DNA of 64,000 nucleotides from positions 107,275,365 to 107,339,364 of the forward strand of contig NC_068985.1 of NCBI RefSeq assembly GCF_001194135.2, given 5' to 3'. Origin of the DNA: Octopus bimaculoides (taxonomy: Eukaryota). How positions within the stretch are numbered: position 1 is the stretch's first letter; each line of letters starts with the position of its first letter. The notes beneath the pieces were generated by a model. The model ran no database searches and was not told the origin of the DNA. It was given only the letters and a program-made list of their open reading frames with translations. The translations under genes and the position numbers were made by a program. Positions 49,721 to 61,599 of this stretch are shown one piece after another.

Positions 49721-50527
49721 CTTTCACTACAAAGTGGAGCCTATATTACATGCACTAAGAGCTTTTCCTGCCATATGCACTACTGAAATTGGGATTTGTC
49801 TAATATACCCATGCATCTTTTATACCAAGCATGAGCAACCTTTTATAAGAAGTGGGTCACAAGAGACATGGCTTGTCCTCAGGCAGGGTCCACTACTAAA
49901 AAAATTTAGAATTTTTTTTATTTGGTTTACAAGTCAAAAAGTCCTGCAGTTTGCCCATTAGTTTCATACCATTAAACAGGGTACATTATGGACAACTAGT
50001 GGTGATGGATTTCTGTTATTCGATTAAATCCATTACCAGCTCCTCAATTAACATTTAAGTGGCTGAATATTCCACAAATATGTGTACTCTTAATGAAGTT
50101 CTTAGGCAGAATCAACATGATGCAGACAAAGCCGAACCTTTTGAATTACAGGTACAATCCAACCTACAGGCTTCTATTCAGTTTCCATCTCACCAATTTT
50201 ATTCATAAGTTATAGAAAGTGATGTTTTCTCCAAAATGCCATGTAGTGTGACTGAACCTGTAACTTCATGGTTTCAAAACAAACTTATTATCCATTCAGC
50301 CAAACTGTGCCTACCTCGAACAATTATGTCTTTGTTAAACGTGTGTCTGTTACTATTTTACCTCCCAGACATGCATATTGTGGGCATATACTAGTGTCCA
50401 TTCTTATGATTATGTCAGCTATGATTTCCATCATAAGCAAGTATATCTTAAACTTGTTTCATTTCAAAAACTGTTAAGTAACTTAACTTCTTATTTTTTT
50501 CTCCAAAAATTATGTTGAAACACATTT

Positions 50528-50623
50528 AATGCTATTAAACCTTGGGAGAGGCATTATGCCGGTAATAAACCAGTGCGTGTGTTTATTACCGGCATAATGC
50601 CTCTCCCAAGGTTTAATAGTATT
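50528..50623. repeat. Hairpin: perfect 39-bp stem (43 bp with one G-T) and 10-nt loop
   Basis: 50532-50570 CTATTAAACCTTGGGAGAGGCATTATGCCGGTAATAAAC is the exact reverse complement of 50581-50619; loop CAGTGCGTGT. Confidence 0.95.
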
Positions 50624-50899
50624 TCTTTCAACACACGTATTCACATCGAGAATCTTGCACACCAAATACACATACGAAACATTTAATGCTATCATCCAGA
50701 TAATTGTCAATTTCTTTTTCCATGCTCATGTTTTTCCACAGCCAGATGCTCTTCTCCCACCTGTTTCCAAATGAGGTAATAATCTCCCAGTCTATTAAGC
50801 AACAAGCGGCCCAGACATGGTTATATATGAAACAAGCAACACCATTTGAATGAGCCTTTTATTTACAAAGGTCCTGGTTTTTCTTCTGAGCCCATCTAG

Positions 50900-53800
50900 C
50901 TATGTAGTGTGTAAAACTTTGTTTGCACAAGGCCTTTACTCAATGTCCGTTCCCAGTGTCTATCATATATTTAAAATACATTCCAGCTAGAAAGACTTGG
51001 AGAAATAAACCAATCTGAAAAAAGACTATGGAAGCTCAAAGACCCAGCAAATAGACAAAAATTTAGAGATTTACTAATGGAAGCTTCTGACAAAAGAGAG
51101 TAAGAGTTGGGGACATATAGCTTAGAGGACAATTGGAAGATCCTGTAGGACAATTTTCTGAGGGCTATGGATGAAATCTGTGGTTGGTGCAAAATCGCAG
51201 TTAGATTAAGGGTGACATGGTGGTGGAGTAATGAGGTTGACAGTGCTATAAAAGACAGGCCTGGAAAGATGGTGGAAGCAGAGAATTATATCAGGTAATG
51301 AAAGGGGCAGCTGGGCATCATATATATAGCAAAAGGAGTAGCTGAAGGTAAGAGATTTGCAAATGTTCTACAGCATGAGGTATTCAGGATTGCAAAGCAG
51401 TGTCTCAGAGAAAATAGAGATGTGGCAGGTGAGAAATGTGTGCGAATGTATAATGGTATGCTTGCACTTAGTGACTCAGAGAAGAAAGATGCATGGAAGT
51501 GCCACTATGAAAGGTTACTAAATGTGGAAAATGAATGGGAGAAGGAGAGTTTACCAAATATCAAGCCAATTGAGGGACCAGCTATCAGAGTTGATAGCAT
51601 AATAGATAAGACAATTAAGGATATGAAAACAGAGGAAGCCCCTGGGCCATCAGAAATCACTGCTAAGAGGATTAAAATTTCAAGTGGTGTAGGATACAGC
51701 TTAGTCACCCGTATAGTTAGGCACCATCCCCAATGACTGGTGTAGTAGTAGTATTATAGTTAGCTGCTACAAGGGGAAAGGTGATTCCTTAGATAGAAAC
51801 AACTACAGAGGTATTAAATTGCTAGGCCAAGTTATGAAAGTTACTGAGAGTAATCTTAATGACTTGGTCAAGCAATTTAATACCTCTGTAGTTGTTTCAA
51901 TCTAAACTAGATGAGATGCAGTTTGGTTTTGTACCTAGGAAGAGTACCACAGATGCCATCTTCCTCGTGAGACAGCTGCAGGGAAAGTACTTGGCCAAAA
52001 GTAAGCCATTGTACTTCACCTTCGTCAACCTGGAGAAAGCTCCCCATTCTGTTAAATGGTGGTCTCTAAGGAAGTTAGGCATGGAGAAGTGGCTTGCTAA
52101 AGCTTTATAAGCATGTACAGAGGTGCTGTCAGTAAGGTGAGAATCGGCCATGAATACATTGATGAATTTAGCATACAGGTAGGGGTTTACCGGGGCTCAG
52201 TTCTCAGCCCACTCTTATTCATTATAGTCCGCCAGGCCATAACAGAGGAATTCAAAACTGGGTGACTATGGGAACTGCTGTATGCTGATGAGCTTTCTCG
52301 AATTGGAGAATAATTCCAGGTATGGAAAAAAAAACTGGAATCAAAGGGCCTTAAAGTTAACCTAGCTAAAACCAAAGTTGTTGGCCCCTGCTCAGTATGT
52401 AGGAAAGGAGTTGGAAGAAATTCCATTGGTTTCACCCAGTGTAAATTATGGACACATTAGAGGTGCAGTGGAATCACGGGTAGATAAACAGATAAAGTCA
52501 TCTTTGTATGTGACATGTGCAGGAACAATAAGCACACAGGACTTAGATTCTCTCAAATACCCAAGAGGCTTTCTTGAGATTGTAGATAGTTTCTGTTACC
52601 TAAGTGACCAAATTAACAATGGTGGAGGATGCTCTGAAAGTATTGCTTCTAGAATAAGAATTGGGTGGGGGTAGTTCAGAGAGCTATTACCTCTGTTGGC
52701 AACAAAAGGACTCTTTCTCAGAGTGAAAGGTAGACTATATGATGCTTGTGTGCGAACAGATATATTCCATGATAGTGAGACATGGGTTCTGAATGCAGAA
52801 GACATGCATAGACTGGAGAGAAATGAAAGTAGTTTGCTCCATTGAATGTGCAACATCAGTGCACATATACGGCAAAGTGCAAATGTATTGAGAGAAAAGT
52901 TGAGCACAAGAGGAATGAGATGTAGCATACAAGAGAGAAGACTATGCTGGTTTGGACATGTGATGCATATGAATGAGGACAGCTGCTTAAAGAAGTGCAG
53001 ATCACTGAAAGTGGATGATGCCCACAGAAGAGGGAAACCCAGGAAGACGTGGGATGAAGTGGTAAGGACCAATCTCAGATTGTTGGGCCTCACGGAGGAA
53101 ATGACAATGGACCGTGATGTACAGCAATAGGAAGTTGTAGAGAAGACCCGCCCATGTCAGCAAAACTGAGTTCTAGAAGCGGTCTGTGTCCCATCCACAC
53201 TTAAGAAAACTTCTCACACACTCTACCACAACAAACCAAACTATATTTCTACATCTCTTCTCTTCCTCACATTTCTACTTCATACACTATGCTTACCTCC
53301 CACTCCCCACCTCTTGGCCCTGTACCACTGTATCATTGTGCTCTGCTAGTCCCCAACCTGTGAGTTCCACCCACAGAAAGCTTTTCACTCACCTTATCCC
53401 AACAAACTAATCTACATCTCCACATCTCTTCCTCATATTTCCTCCTTCATACACTAATCCTAGCTCTCAATCCTGTTCTCATGGCCCTGTTCCTCTGTAT
53501 CATTGTTATCCAGTAGCCCTCCGACTCTATATATACCTAAGTTTTCGCCACTTTTCCCCTCCCTCTGCACTCTTTAATCATTCTTCCTTCACAATATCCT
53601 ACCACTTATAGTGTTTCGAACCTCAAGGGTATGCCCTGGTACTTTCCACCATCTATCTCTCTTTCTTTCTTTACTCAACCATCCCATTTATATTCTGATC
53701 TCTGTTCCTTGTGAGTATGCCCAGCATTTTGCCGCCATCTCCATCCTGTAGTCTCCTATTTTCTCTCTCTCTCTCTCCTGCACCTCCCTCAGGTTGGGTA

Positions 53801-54229
53801 ACCACATATTTCCTTTGCAGTAGCACACCGGTTTCTGTCTTCATTCCTGATCTCTCTCTCTCTCTCTCTCTCTCCAGTCGGGTAGCCTTGGACCTCCTCT
53901 ACAGCAAGACACCTGTTTCTGTCTCTCTGTCTCACTATAACCTTTCATCACCTGACACAAGATCAGCTCCTCCAATGCCTCCTCCCCTCTTAAAGTTTTT
54001 TTTTGTCTTGCAAGTACTTGGTGACTCTATCAGTGCAGGTGCCACTTAAAAGCACCCAGTCCACACTGTAAAGTGGTTGGTGTTAAGAAAGGCATCCAGC
54101 GGTAAAAATCCTGCCAAAACAATCACAGAAGTCTGGTGCAGGCTTCTGCCTGACCGGCTCTTGTGAAACTGTCCCACCCATGCTAGCATGGAAGGTGGAT
54201 GTTAAACGACGATGTTGATGATGGTGATG
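50900..54229 (+). mobile_element. Decayed RTE-clade LINE: RT ORF (about 50.9-53.15 kb), ~0.9-kb 3' UTR and (GAT)n-terminated tail
   Basis: RLWKLKDP; KDAWKCHYERLLNVENEW; APGPSEIT; QFGFVPRKSTTDAIFLVRQLQGKYLAKSKPLYFTFVNLEKA; ELLYADEL; RRLCWFGHVMHM; RRGKPRKTWDEVV. Multiple stops and frameshifts. Confidence 0.92.
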
Positions 54230-54398
54230 TCCTGTGACACATCACTTGTGAAGAAGCCCAGATGTGTTTTTGTAGTGGACTGCAAGCAAATGACACTATT
54301 TACAAAGCCATTGTCTGCAAACAAGCAGACGCATGTAGACTTGAGAAATACAGACACACATGTATACATACATATATGATGGGCTTCTTTTAGTTTCC

Positions 54399-54634
54399 TT
54401 ATTTCTTTACTGCCCACAAGGGGCTACACACAGAGGGGACAAGCAAGCACAGACAAACGGATTAAGTCGATTACATCGACCCCAGTGTGTAACTGGTACT
54501 TATTTAATCGACCCCGAAAGGATGAAAGGCAAAGTCGACCTCATTGGAATTAGAACTCAGAACATAGCAGCAGATGAAATACCGCTAAGCATTTCGCCCA
54601 GCGTGCTAACGTTTCTGCCAGCTCACCACCTTCA
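54399..54634 (-). mobile_element. Young tRNA-derived SINE with 17-bp TSD, nested in a CORE-like SINE
   Basis: TSD GGCTTCTTTTAGTTTCC at 54382-54398 and 54635-54651. The body is homologous to 15671-15900. Confidence 0.9.
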
Positions 54635-54821
54635 GGCTTCTTTTAGTTTCCATCCACCAAATCCACTCACAAGGTTACCTAAAATTAAAACAAATTGGAA
54701 TAGAGAATATTTGATATGTAGTGAATTGCCATAAAAGGTTGACTATATTCAGTGATGTTCAATGAGATGAACTCACATCCACAAACTTGCTTTGCAATTT
54801 AAACTAAGTCAGCTGACATAC

Positions 54822-54953
54822 CATATTTGCAGCCAGATCAGCAGCAGCATTACATTGCAATCCTTTCTGCATTCCTTTTTAATCAAGTTTACAACTACCC
54901 TGCAGTCTGCTTCTTTCTTTGTTAAAATATGTTTGTTAGTAAATTGTGTGGTT
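54822..54953 (-). other. Candidate orphan exon on the minus strand
   Basis: ttctgtag| ... ATG|gtatgt. One frame is open throughout (TTQFTNKHILTKKEADCRVVVNLIKKECRKDCNVMLLLIWLQI) and another holds MQKGLQCNAAADLAANM. No homology recognised. Confidence 0.3.
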
Positions 54954-55039
54954 CTACAGAACATAGTTGATCCGTAGAGAAATAAAAATAATGAATGTAA
55001 GGGTTTCAGTTTAACCTAGCACCGGCCAATTTAATTATC

Positions 55040-55670
55040 ATCATCATCATTTAACATTCACTTTTCCAAGCTGGCATGGGATGGATGGTTCAATGGGATC
55101 CAATGAGTCAGAAGACAGTATCAAGCTCTAATGTACGCTTTGATATGGTTTCTGTGGATGGATGTCCTTCATAATACCGACCACTTTACAGAGTATTGTT
55201 TTGTTTTTTGTTTCTTTTTTTTAAGATACCAGCACTAGCAAATATGGTAAGTAATTTGCTAGGCAAAAATGCTTCCTTGACTGAGTTGGACCATAGTAGA
55301 GAGGAGAGTGGCTTTATACCTGGTATTGAGAGGTTGATATATATGAAAGAGGAACAGGCATAGATGTCTTGCTAGAGAGAAAATATATGGCTATCCTGCA
55401 TTATATGACATGGGTGGAAATAGCTGGAAAGAAGACAAAGATGGTGGTGACAAGGTGTCAGAATATAATCTCAAGATACAAGGTGAGCCTAAGAGAGAAT
55501 ATAAAGAATCTGGAATGGTGGGTGTATGAGTTTATAAGATTATGAGAGAAAAGTGACAGATGGTTAAAGATGGGGATAGAGGTGAATGGTGAACAAGAGT
55601 AAGAGACATGGTTTTCAAACATATTTGAAAAAGGAAAGAAGCAGTGTGGTTATAAACAGAGAGACAGCTA
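55040..55670 (-). mobile_element. Old 5'-truncated RTE 3' end (tail plus 3' UTR)
   Basis: (CAT)n tail at about 55040, then a purine-rich segment homologous to 18960-19330. Confidence 0.55.
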
Positions 55671-55979
55671 ACAATGATCAGTAACCACACATCTGTAACC
55701 CATTAGCAACTATCAGGATCTTTACTATAAATGAACTATGTTATGTTCTTTACTTCTATATCTGCTCCATTATCTTGTTGTATCACATGTGATATTCAAA
55801 AGAACCATCATTTGACAATAGAACATTGTAAAACAAATAGTAGTGGACTAGACCTGCTTTCATAATTAATTCATTGTTTCAATAGTTAGTATTTGTTCAG
55901 GCAGAATTTTTTTTTTTAGATATTGTTTCTTTTAAATCAAATATATATTTATTAGGTTAATGTAAATTGTCAACAATTA

Positions 55980-56722
55980 CACTGGTTTATAGAGAAACAG
56001 AGGCAAACATAAAAATAGTTGTTCTAACCTAATTTTAGGGTGCTGATTTCAGATACAAAACCAGTTTTCACTCATCACCTCTAGATTTTGTGACATACAT
56101 TATTGTGATTTTGCAACACGTAACCATATATATGATCAATTTTTTTTTTTTTTTTCCAGATTTTTGTGATACATATGATACATATCTCTACAATGGCTCC
56201 AGGCACTTCAAAACACTGAAGATGCATCAACAAGGTAAATTCATTCTGCTACATATGTGGGGATTTCATAACAGTTGCACAGCACCAAACAATTACTTCC
56301 CTCCTGAGAACTGTTTACTTTCATCATTTTGACTGTAAAATTGGAGATCAGGACAAATCCTGGGCCTCACACATCTGTTGTAAACCCTGCTACAATGGAC
56401 TAACTGCATGGTTTAACAGCAAGAAAGTAGCCATCAACTTTGCTGTCCCGATGGTCCAGAGAGAGCCATGAAGCCGTGCAGATGATTATTTTTGTTTAAG
56501 AAATATAACAGGTTTCAATGCTTCTTCTAGAAGAAAGATCAAATATCCCAACCTTCCCTTAGCTATAAGACCTGTTCCCCACTCAGATGATCTCCCTGTC
56601 CCTAGCAAATAAAAGTGATAGAACAAAGCTGTTCAGAAAATTGAATTCACCACATCAAAATTAGTAAATTAGTAAATTCACATCCTTGCCTCATATCAAA
56701 AAAAAATTTTTGTAAACCAGTT
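55980..56722 (+). mobile_element. Internally deleted Chapaev3-like (CMC superfamily) DNA transposon
   Basis: Termini CACTGGTTTA...TAAACCAGT(T), with TTA on both sides (55977-79, 56723-25). From the ATG at 56193: MAPGTSKH*RCINKVNSFCYICGDF...KIGDQDKSWASHICCKPC...WF...FAVPMVQREP*SRADDYFCLRNITG...KYPNLPLAIRPVPHSDDLPVP. The motif-to-family assignment is from memory. Confidence 0.8.
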
Positions 56723-57429
56723 TTATCAATAATTTAATTGTTTTATTGATGCAGTTACAATTATAAAGGTAGGGATATGTTATGCATGTGTTCGAGTGAA
56801 TCATTCAAGCTGCACGTGTTACAGGTTGGAATTGTATGATTTTTTTTCTCCTCACACAGTCAGAGACTGTTGTCATATAGTCATGTAAAATATTTAAGTA
56901 TAGATATATATACACATATTTATACATAGACATAGTGAAATATAGTGATTATAAAGACAGAAGAATATTTATGATCCTGATACTTATCTCTCACTGCCTT
57001 GTCCTCTTAACTATTTTAATAGCTACCTTGTAGAGAGAAGTTACATCTGTCACATGAAGTAAGATAAACTCCTTGATACTAGGCTGTTTTATTTATATAN
57101 NNNNNNNNNATATATATGGTAAAGCTTGAAACAGATAAAGCCGTAAATAATAGCATGTAAATATTGGGTTCAAAACCCCTCTGGATAGAAAACGTTGAAG
57201 ACTACCCATGTGACTCAAACCCACATCACTTGTAAACATGATAGGTGTTCTACTTTTTTTCAATCCAGTATGTTTTTTAATCCAACATTTACATGCTATT
57301 ATTAAAAACTTTATCTGCTTTGAGATTTACTGTTTCAAAAAAGAATTCATATTCTTGAAGTTTTGAAATGCCTATGACGTCAACAACAACAACAACAGCA
57401 CACACACACGTTTGTGTGTGTGCGTGTAA

Positions 57430-57650
57430 CCCTTTAATACAAACCTACATATGACCACCCCTGATTCTACAATGTAAGCTTCCTGTTTATTGTGATATAA
57501 ATGAAAGCCTTCTATCAAATTTTGGTGTTAATTTGTATTCCAAACACCAGCTTAGTAACAAAGCAATTGTAATAAATTTGTCATTATTTTCAAAATTAAT
57601 TGAAACAAAGGCAATGTATTTCAATAGAAATATGGTAACAAAAGGATTAA
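57430..57650. mobile_element. Degenerate piggyBac-like MITE
   Basis: Left taacccttta.tac, right ggtaacaaaaggaTTAA; imperfect TIR. Confidence 0.4.
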
Positions 57651-57879
57651 GAAATGCTCTTACATTTTAGTTGATTATGAATTCACAGTTAATTAAATGT
57701 TATAAACCAGCATTATAAAAATTATATTGTTTGTGAGAAGAAACATTGTTAGTTATTACAGAAAATCATTACATAACTGCCACTTAGATCATATGAATTC
57801 TATGTAAAACTGGACAAGTGATATAAAAATAATTTCATTTTGATGACAACAAAATTAGTTTTGCATTTCGATATAATGC

Positions 57880-58250
57880 AGGGTAGCCTTGTATCTCCTC
57901 TATAGCAAAACACCTGGGCTTCTCCTTCCATTACACTTTAATCTCTCAAAACCTGACATAGACCCATCATCACTCCTATTCCATTTAGTCAAGGTGACTT
58001 CTTTCTTTTTCTTCTTTCTGTTCTTGTCTTGTGAGTTACTTGGGGACCTCACTAGTGCTGGTGGCATAGGAAAAAAAAAACACACCCAGTACACTCTATG
58101 AAGTGTTTGTTATTAGAAAGGGAATCCTGTCATAGAAATCATGTCAAAGATGACATTGGAGTTTGATGCAGAACTGAAGCTTGCTGTACTCTGTCAAACT
58201 GTCCAACCCATTCCAGCATGGAAAATGGATGTTAAATGATGATGATGATG
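57880..58250 (+). mobile_element. 5'-truncated RTE 3' end
   Basis: gggtagccttgtatctcctctatagcaaaacacctg... homologous to 53880-54229, ending in (GAT)n. Confidence 0.7.
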
Positions 58251-58308
58251 ATAAAAAAAATTTTTTTGTTTTATATTTTCAAATGATAACAATTGAGTTT
58301 GCACTTAC

Positions 58309-58343
58309 TTTGGATGTATAATGATATTACATCAAGATCATAC
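58309..58343 (-). other. Candidate 35-nt orphan exon on the minus strand
   Basis: ctttgcag|GTATGATCTTGATGTAATATCATTATACATCCAAA|gtaagt; one open frame, YDLDVISLYIQ. Confidence 0.3.
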
Positions 58344-59057
58344 CTGCAAAGCTTTAGTGTTGTGTATTGAGAAATGAACATGGATCATTCTGGTTTATTC
58401 ACAAGGTAAGATACACTTCAATAGTATCACTAATATGAATATGAGATAGCATAATCATAACTTTTTCCATCATAATTCAATGTCCACTTTTCCATGCTTG
58501 CAGTGGTCAGGTGGAATTGGTTGAGGCAAATTTTCTATAGCTAGATGCATTTCTGTCACCAATGTCCAATCAAGGTAATAGTTCCCCATAGCCAGACATG
58601 TTTTTCACAGATGACTGGAAACAGATGGCTTCACTTGTATGACAGTGATACTTATTTACAATCATCACATGGTATCTAGGCAAGTGTATACACACACATA
58701 CATGCACACACACACACACATGCACACACACACACAAATACATACATACAGGGTATTTGAGCTAAATATTTGACATGTTGGTGAACAGCCAATGGTGTTG
58801 GAGAGCATAACAGTTAGAGTTGAGAAAGAGTTAGCAGACATAGAGGACTAGAAGCCATCTGGGAAAGCCATGGGAAAGAGTAATTTGTATTATGATGATT
58901 TGTGCCGAGTATCAAAGTACCAACATCATGCTGCTCAGTGTTCTGTGAACACTGTAAAATCTGTAAGATGCAACAGGGACAGCTGTAACTGAGACTTTGA
59001 AGCTGTGGCCAGCAAGGACACAGCAGGCATTCTGACTGCATCCATATACTGGAATTA

Positions 59058-59552
59058 GGATCTTTATGGTTTGACGGCCAACACTTGTTTTCTTAACGAA
59101 ACACTTTCAAACTTGGGATACTGGTAGAATGTGCCATATAAAACATCTTTTTCTCTTAGCCTTCTTAACAAAAATTACTTCTTAATAAGTTATTAAAACC
59201 CTAAAGCTAAAACCAGTACAAACGCAAGAACGATGTCATAAATAACAGTGACAAACGAAATATATACCACTGATAGTTGTTGTTGACAAACAACGGCATT
59301 AATTTTATTCAAGGGAAAAGATCCCCTGACACCGTTGTTTACATTCCACAGCGTAATTGTTTTCACCTCAATAGACGTCAGTGATTGGTTGAAATTACCG
59401 AAATACGACAATGTTTTTACATGAAATAACTTCAAATACAAAATTTTTTATCTGTTCTATAACACAAAATATACAAGTATTCGAAGTTTGAAAGTGTTTC
59501 AGTACCAAAAACACTACATAAAAAAATGTTGGCCGTCAAACCATAAAGATCC
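59058..59552. mobile_element. Intact 495-bp MITE, 26-bp perfect TIR, 8-bp TSD
   Basis: TIR GGATCTTTATGGTTTGACGGCCAACA (59058-59083 / 59527-59552). TSD TGGAATTA at 59050-59057 and 59553-59560. Confidence 0.92.
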
Positions 59553-59950
59553 TGGAATTACTCCAGTAACTGCAAGATAAGGTGAGAAAAGATCCAAGCA
59601 AGCTCTGGTGCTGATGGCATGTAAAAAGCACCATTTAAGCATGGTCGATGCCAGTACTGCCTGATTGGCCCTCTTGCTGGTGGCAACCTTCTCTTATTAA
59701 ATGTTTTAAGCTTCAGAGATCAAGATTTGGAAAGACTTCCGTTTGTACCCCACCAATCAATTTTCCACCATGTGTAATAAAAAAAAAAAAAAAATTATGG
59801 GGGTGGGGGTGAATGGGTACAAAAGGAAGTCATTCCCATGATTTTGAAAATTTAAGCATACTTTTAAAGAATCATAATCTCAGATATCTAAAACATACAT
59901 GTCAAAAAAATTTTTAGGAAAAAAAAAGGATTGAGGAAAATCCCTCCATT

Positions 59951-60579
59951 NNNNNNNNNNNNNNNNNNNNNNNNNNNNNNNNNNNNNNNNNNNNNNNNNN
60001 NNNNNNNNNNNNNNNNNNNNNNNNNNNNNNNNNNNNNNNNNNNNNNNNNNNNNNNNNNNNNNNNNNNNNNNNNNNNNNNNNNNNNNNNNNNNNNNNNNNN
60101 NNNNNNNNNNNNNNNNNNNNNNNNNNNNNNNNNNNNNNNNNNNNNNNNNNNNNNNNNNNNNNNNNNNNNNNNNNNNNNNNNNNNNNNNNNNNNNNNNNNN
60201 NNNNNNNNNNNNNNNNNNNNNNNNNNNNNNNNNNNNNNNNNNNNNNNNNNNNNNNNNNNNNNNNNNNNNNNNNNNNNNNNNNNNNNNNNNNNNNNNNNNN
60301 NNNNNNNNNNNNNNNNNNNNNNNNNNNNNNNNNNNNNNNNNNNNNNNNNNNNNNNNNNNNNNNNNNNNNNNNNNNNNNNNNNNNNNNNNNNNNNNNNNNN
60401 NNNNNNNNNNNNNNNNNNNNNNNNNNNNNNNNNNNNNNNNNNNNNNNNNNNNNNNNNNNNNNNNNNNNNNNNNNNNNNNNNNNNNNNNNNNNNNNNNNNN
60501 NNNNNNNNNNNNNNNNNNNNNNNNNNNNNNNNNNNNNNNNNNNNNNNNNNNNNNNNNNNNNNNNNNNNNNNNNNNNNNN
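59951..60579. other. Assembly gap (629 N) with homopolymer-rich, probably low-quality flanks
   Basis: Run of N. Confidence 1.
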
Positions 60580-61599
60580 CCGAAAAAAAAGAAAGAAATT
60601 TTTTAAAAAGGATGTTGTGGGGGGACGGGCGGAAGTCTTGCCACACATCCAAAGAAATTGCAGTTTTTGGCACACTAAATAATTTCTAATCCACTTGAAA
60701 CACTAATCAAGAAAGTATCCCTCCACATTCTACGTTCTTAAAGCGAGAAAGAGTATGGACTTAAAACATACAAAGTGTGTGTGAAAAAAAAAAAAAAAAA
60801 AGACGCGATGGTCAAATATGGAACATTTGGATCATGGCTAACTCCTGTTAAATAACATTTTACACACGTATATATGTAATGCAATGCCTAAAATGTATTT
60901 CCGCTATTCAAGAAATAAATCGACAAAAATAACGATGGTTTTCATTTATCTGTCAAATGTTACAGCTACTCTTATGAGTGAACAGTTAAAATGTACTGCT
61001 GTCAAAACATTTTAATAGACTGATACGTACATAAAAAGACAAAAAATAAAGATGTTTATTGTGCTGATTGATATTCCCTGTAGAGATAAGAGTGACAGAT
61101 TCTTGCAGTTTGAACTAGCTATTACATACAAATGATACATACTAGCACTTAGCATAGGCACTCGCATATGGACAGAAGGGAAATTAGATACGGAGTGAGA
61201 GATGGCTGTATGTATAGATGGAAGAATGGATAGATAGAAAGAAAAACAAACAGATAAGTGATAGATAAATACACAGTTTAATAATGGATACAGGAAACTA
61301 TGGAGAGAGAGAAGAAATTTTAAAATGATTAGACGAATGAAATATTCGTGAGTCAAAGTAAGAAGAAGAATGTACAGAATGAAGTAGTAATGATCTGCAA
61401 CACAGTAGTAGTGGTAATATAATAATAAAAATAATTGTTTCTTCTGCTGTTCACACAGCAGTAATAGTAGCGATATACTATCAGCAGCAGTGGCTGTCAT
61501 TTTTGATAGGCTCCCATCCTACTCTTCCATAGACACACACACTTAAACACAGATCTCTTGTTCTAATTTTAACAGAAATTTAATGACCACACTCTATCT

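Noticed and set aside
56161-56237. Plus-strand exon-like segment (poly-T ccag| ... AAG|gtaaat)
   Set aside because: It lies inside the Chapaev3-like element, and the transposase frame continues straight through the apparent donor.
59888-60689. 250-aa ORFs spanning 59.9-60.7 kb (similarly 1381-1806 and 63334-63752)
   Set aside because: They are open only because they cross N gaps.
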